A DNA stretch of 18,254 nt from Promethearchaeota archaeon (lineage in GTDB: Archaea > Asgardarchaeota > Lokiarchaeia > Sigyniarchaeales > SOKP01): positions 1 to 18,254 of the forward strand of contig JAUVXW010000048.1 of the NCBI GenBank assembly GCA_030603385.1. The letters run 5' to 3'. A model generated the notes under the pieces. The model ran no database searches. It was not told the origin of the DNA and was given only the letters and a program-made list of their open reading frames with translations. Of the stretch, positions 16,580 to 18,254 are shown piece by piece. The position numbers and the translations under genes were made by a program. Position 1 is the first letter of the stretch. Each line of letters opens with the position of its first letter.

Positions 16580-17482
16580 TTAATATGCATCAAAATCCCT
16601 CGTATTATTTTGCATCAGAAAATTAGTGGATTTCCAGAAAGGTGCGTAATTGGTTCTCTTAACCTTTAAATGACCCTTTCTAGTTATGGAGATGCTTGAT
16701 TGCTTATGGTGTTTATATGTAGCGTGGGTTGGTATAGACATTACATTCCATTCTACAAGCTGAAAGGGTTGGTGAAAGACAGGGGATTTTATTTTAACAT
16801 CGGATATACAAGGTGTCAATGCAATTGAAACTATGTCATTTGATCTCTGAGCTATATTATGGCAAAAGAGGGAAATACCTTCAATATTTTCTTTGTAACC
16901 AAAATTGTCCAACCATAAATCGTTTAAACAATGCCACGCCCTTAATGGGTCGATAAATGGGTGTTGGGATATATCTATAACGGCAATCTTTCTTCCATCT
17001 TCCGAAATTTTACTTAGTTGTTTAGTGGCGGTGTCAACTCTTGAGCAAATATCACTAAAGAGTTTCATTTCATCCAAAAAATTTTTGTCGTACATAAAAA
17101 TACTCGATGAATCCTTCGCTAATGGGTTATACACAGATTTTTTTTGAACTATTTCGGGTTCTCGACCTCTTCCAAACCCCAGATAGAACTTTCGTTGGGA
17201 AGATGAGACGATATCACAGAATTCTCTATTTATTTTTTCAAATCTCTCCAAGATCCCTTTTTGCTCAAAAAATAGAAGGGATTTTACCTCTAAAAAATAC
17301 TGTTCCAAATCGTAAAATTGAATATCGGATAAATCTTCTACTACTATCTCGTTACAACTAGATCTTGAAAGAATGTTCCTACAAATCCGATATATGCTCT
17401 GTTTAACTCTATTATTCAACTTATTATATTTTTTGTCGTTGACAATCCGAATTTTCCTCTGTAGTCCATTTCTTATATACAT
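16580..17482 (-). CDS. Putative PD-(D/E)xK nuclease-fold protein; the first ~50 aa look TnpB-derived
   Basis: SD-x11-EVK (E65-K67), then ATKQL and KIAVID, a pattern typical of restriction-endonuclease-like proteins. Confidence 0.55.
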   Translation of the reverse strand: MYIRNGLQRKIRIVNDKKYNKLNNRVKQSIYRICRNILSRSSCNEIVVEDLSDIQFYDLEQYFLEVKSLLFFEQKGILERFEKINREFCDIVSSSQRKFYLGFGRGREPEIVQKKSVYNPLAKDSSSIFMYDKNFLDEMKLFSDICSRVDTATKQLSKISEDGRKIAVIDISQHPFIDPLRAWHCLNDLWLDNFGYKENIEGISLFCHNIAQRSNDIVSIALTPCISDVKIKSPVFHQPFQLVEWNVMSIPTHATYKHHKQSSISITRKGHLKVKRTNYAPFWKSTNFLMQNNTRDFDAY

Positions 17483-17690
17483 AATTACAATTGGGAAAAT
17501 TTTCTATAACTTAAATCTTTTTCGGTGTTTCTTTTGATTTTTATTCATCAATCCAATTAATCTTATTGCCCTTGATTTTATAAAAGAAGACGTACAATAT
17601 AGGATATCCATTGAAATTATGGAATCTAAAAACTTATCTCTGATATATATATCATTAATTTTAACAAATACATCTATATTCTTTTCATTT
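17330..17690 (-). mobile_element. Decayed TnpB-like segment (IS200/IS605 family; RuvC-I to RuvC-II)
   Basis: One frame across a TAG at 17504-17506: IISMDI (RuvC-I-like) ... IRNGLQRK...KLNNRVKQSIYRICRNIL...NEIVVEDL (RuvC-II-like). D-to-E spacing is 90 codons. No zinc finger, element ends or tnpA seen. Confidence 0.4.
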
Positions 17691-17729
17691 CCATTATAAC
17701 CGATTAATTCTTCTGCGTTTCTCTTTCTT

Positions 17730-18110
17730 TCAACCCTGCTTTCTCCAAGGATTTGTAATGAAGAATTGACTGTTCCCAACAATTGTAAAATATAATCTAG
17801 TAAGTGTCCTTTCTAATTCGCACTTTTTTCTTTCGAATATAGCAGTTCTTCGTAATTCCAGTACTGCTTCCCCTACTGTTTTACCTTCAATTAGACTGGT
17901 TAGGAATATATTATAACACTTTTGCTTAGTGGAAGATAGAAAAAATCTTTCCTAACACCATTTTAGCTAAAGACCTATTCAAAATAGAGCTAAAATAATA
18001 GAATGCATTTTGAGGAATTTTCCGATATATTCTAGATTCAGAACTTCTCCTCGACTGTTCTCGAACACAATAATCCCAGTGTTGCACTCCTGATTCAAAA
18101 TAAAAAGTGA
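17730..18110 (-). pseudogene. Remnant of the C-terminal part of a CHAT (caspase-like) protease domain
   Basis: LFILNQECNTG (like the catalytic-Cys motif) ... IFLTSLIEGKTVGEAVLELRR...TLTRLYFTIVGNSQF matches the CHAT C-terminal pattern F...L..G.tvgeAl..R.....~~~~G.p. Stops interrupt it at 17979, 17967 and 17952, and there is no N-terminal half. Confidence 0.5.
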
Positions 18111-18124
18111 ATAAAAAAAAAATA

Positions 18125-18253
18125 TTAAAGGGGGCTTAGTTGCTTGATAAATGAACAAATTTCTGTCATAATTTGATAAATCGATCCCTCAATTGTGTTT
18201 TCTTCAGGATCTTCACCGTTCCACTTCATTATTCTGTTAATCACCAAACGTGA
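18125..18253 (-). CDS. 3' end of a gene that starts beyond the window
   Basis: Open frame SRLVINRIMKWNGEDPEENTIEGSIYQIMTEICSFIKQLSPL*, followed by a minus-strand T-run (18113-18122). Confidence 0.65.
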   Translation of the reverse strand, partial: SRLVINRIMKWNGEDPEENTIEGSIYQIMTEICSFIKQLSPL

Positions 18254-18254
18254 T

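Noticed and set aside
13889-17361. ORFs 13889..14176 (-), 15892..16077 (-), 16135..16482 (+), 16905..17147 (+) and 17107..17361 (+)
   Set aside because: They are antisense shadows; their Phe/Leu/Ser-rich composition is what the reverse complement of Lys/Glu-rich genes yields.
17504-17506. In-frame TAG as evidence of genome-wide pyrrolysine/amber recoding
   Set aside because: TAG appears to act as a normal stop for the WD40 (4143) and HEPN (15104) genes, no pyl genes are visible, and the surrounding DNA looks decayed.
1-18254. CRISPR array, tRNA, rRNA, intact transposase or integrase
   Set aside because: No regularly spaced repeats, no cloverleaf or GC-rich RNA-like stretch, and no recombinase motifs were seen.

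Overview
This is an AT-rich archaeal window. Its protein families, GGTGA(T)-type ribosome-binding sites and TTTAAATA boxes point to an Asgard archaeon, most likely Lokiarchaeia/Promethearchaeota; this is inferred from motif recognition, not a search. Left half (1-6113): a truncated YbjQ-like/zinc-ribbon gene, a hairpin-rich intergenic segment, a tandem-domain gene broken by an in-frame TAA, a hypothetical gene, an SBBP beta-propeller surface protein, and a WD40 protein fused to a Loki-expanded 'FWxHCSNLQAW' domain. Middle (6178-11337): a ~1540-aa secreted protein with a central hydrophobic Gly/Ala-rich helical region, lying between two imperfect 70-bp direct repeats. The repeats are the 3' end of an unannotated 56-aa four-cysteine gene, which gives an integration-like arrangement with no integrase in view. 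Right half (11.9-18.2 kb): an apparently more AT-rich, defence-island-like stretch. It holds an HExxH metallopeptidase, a candidate RelE/MqsR-like toxin paired with a Panacea(SocA)-like antitoxin whose MqsA-type zinc finger has lost its cysteines, a HEPN protein, a 2-TM protein, a frameshifted HicA-like ORF, a PD-(D/E)xK nuclease apparently joined to a decayed TnpB segment, and a CHAT-protease remnant. I saw no rRNA, tRNA or CRISPR array. All family calls come from reading motifs by eye and need HMM or structure confirmation.
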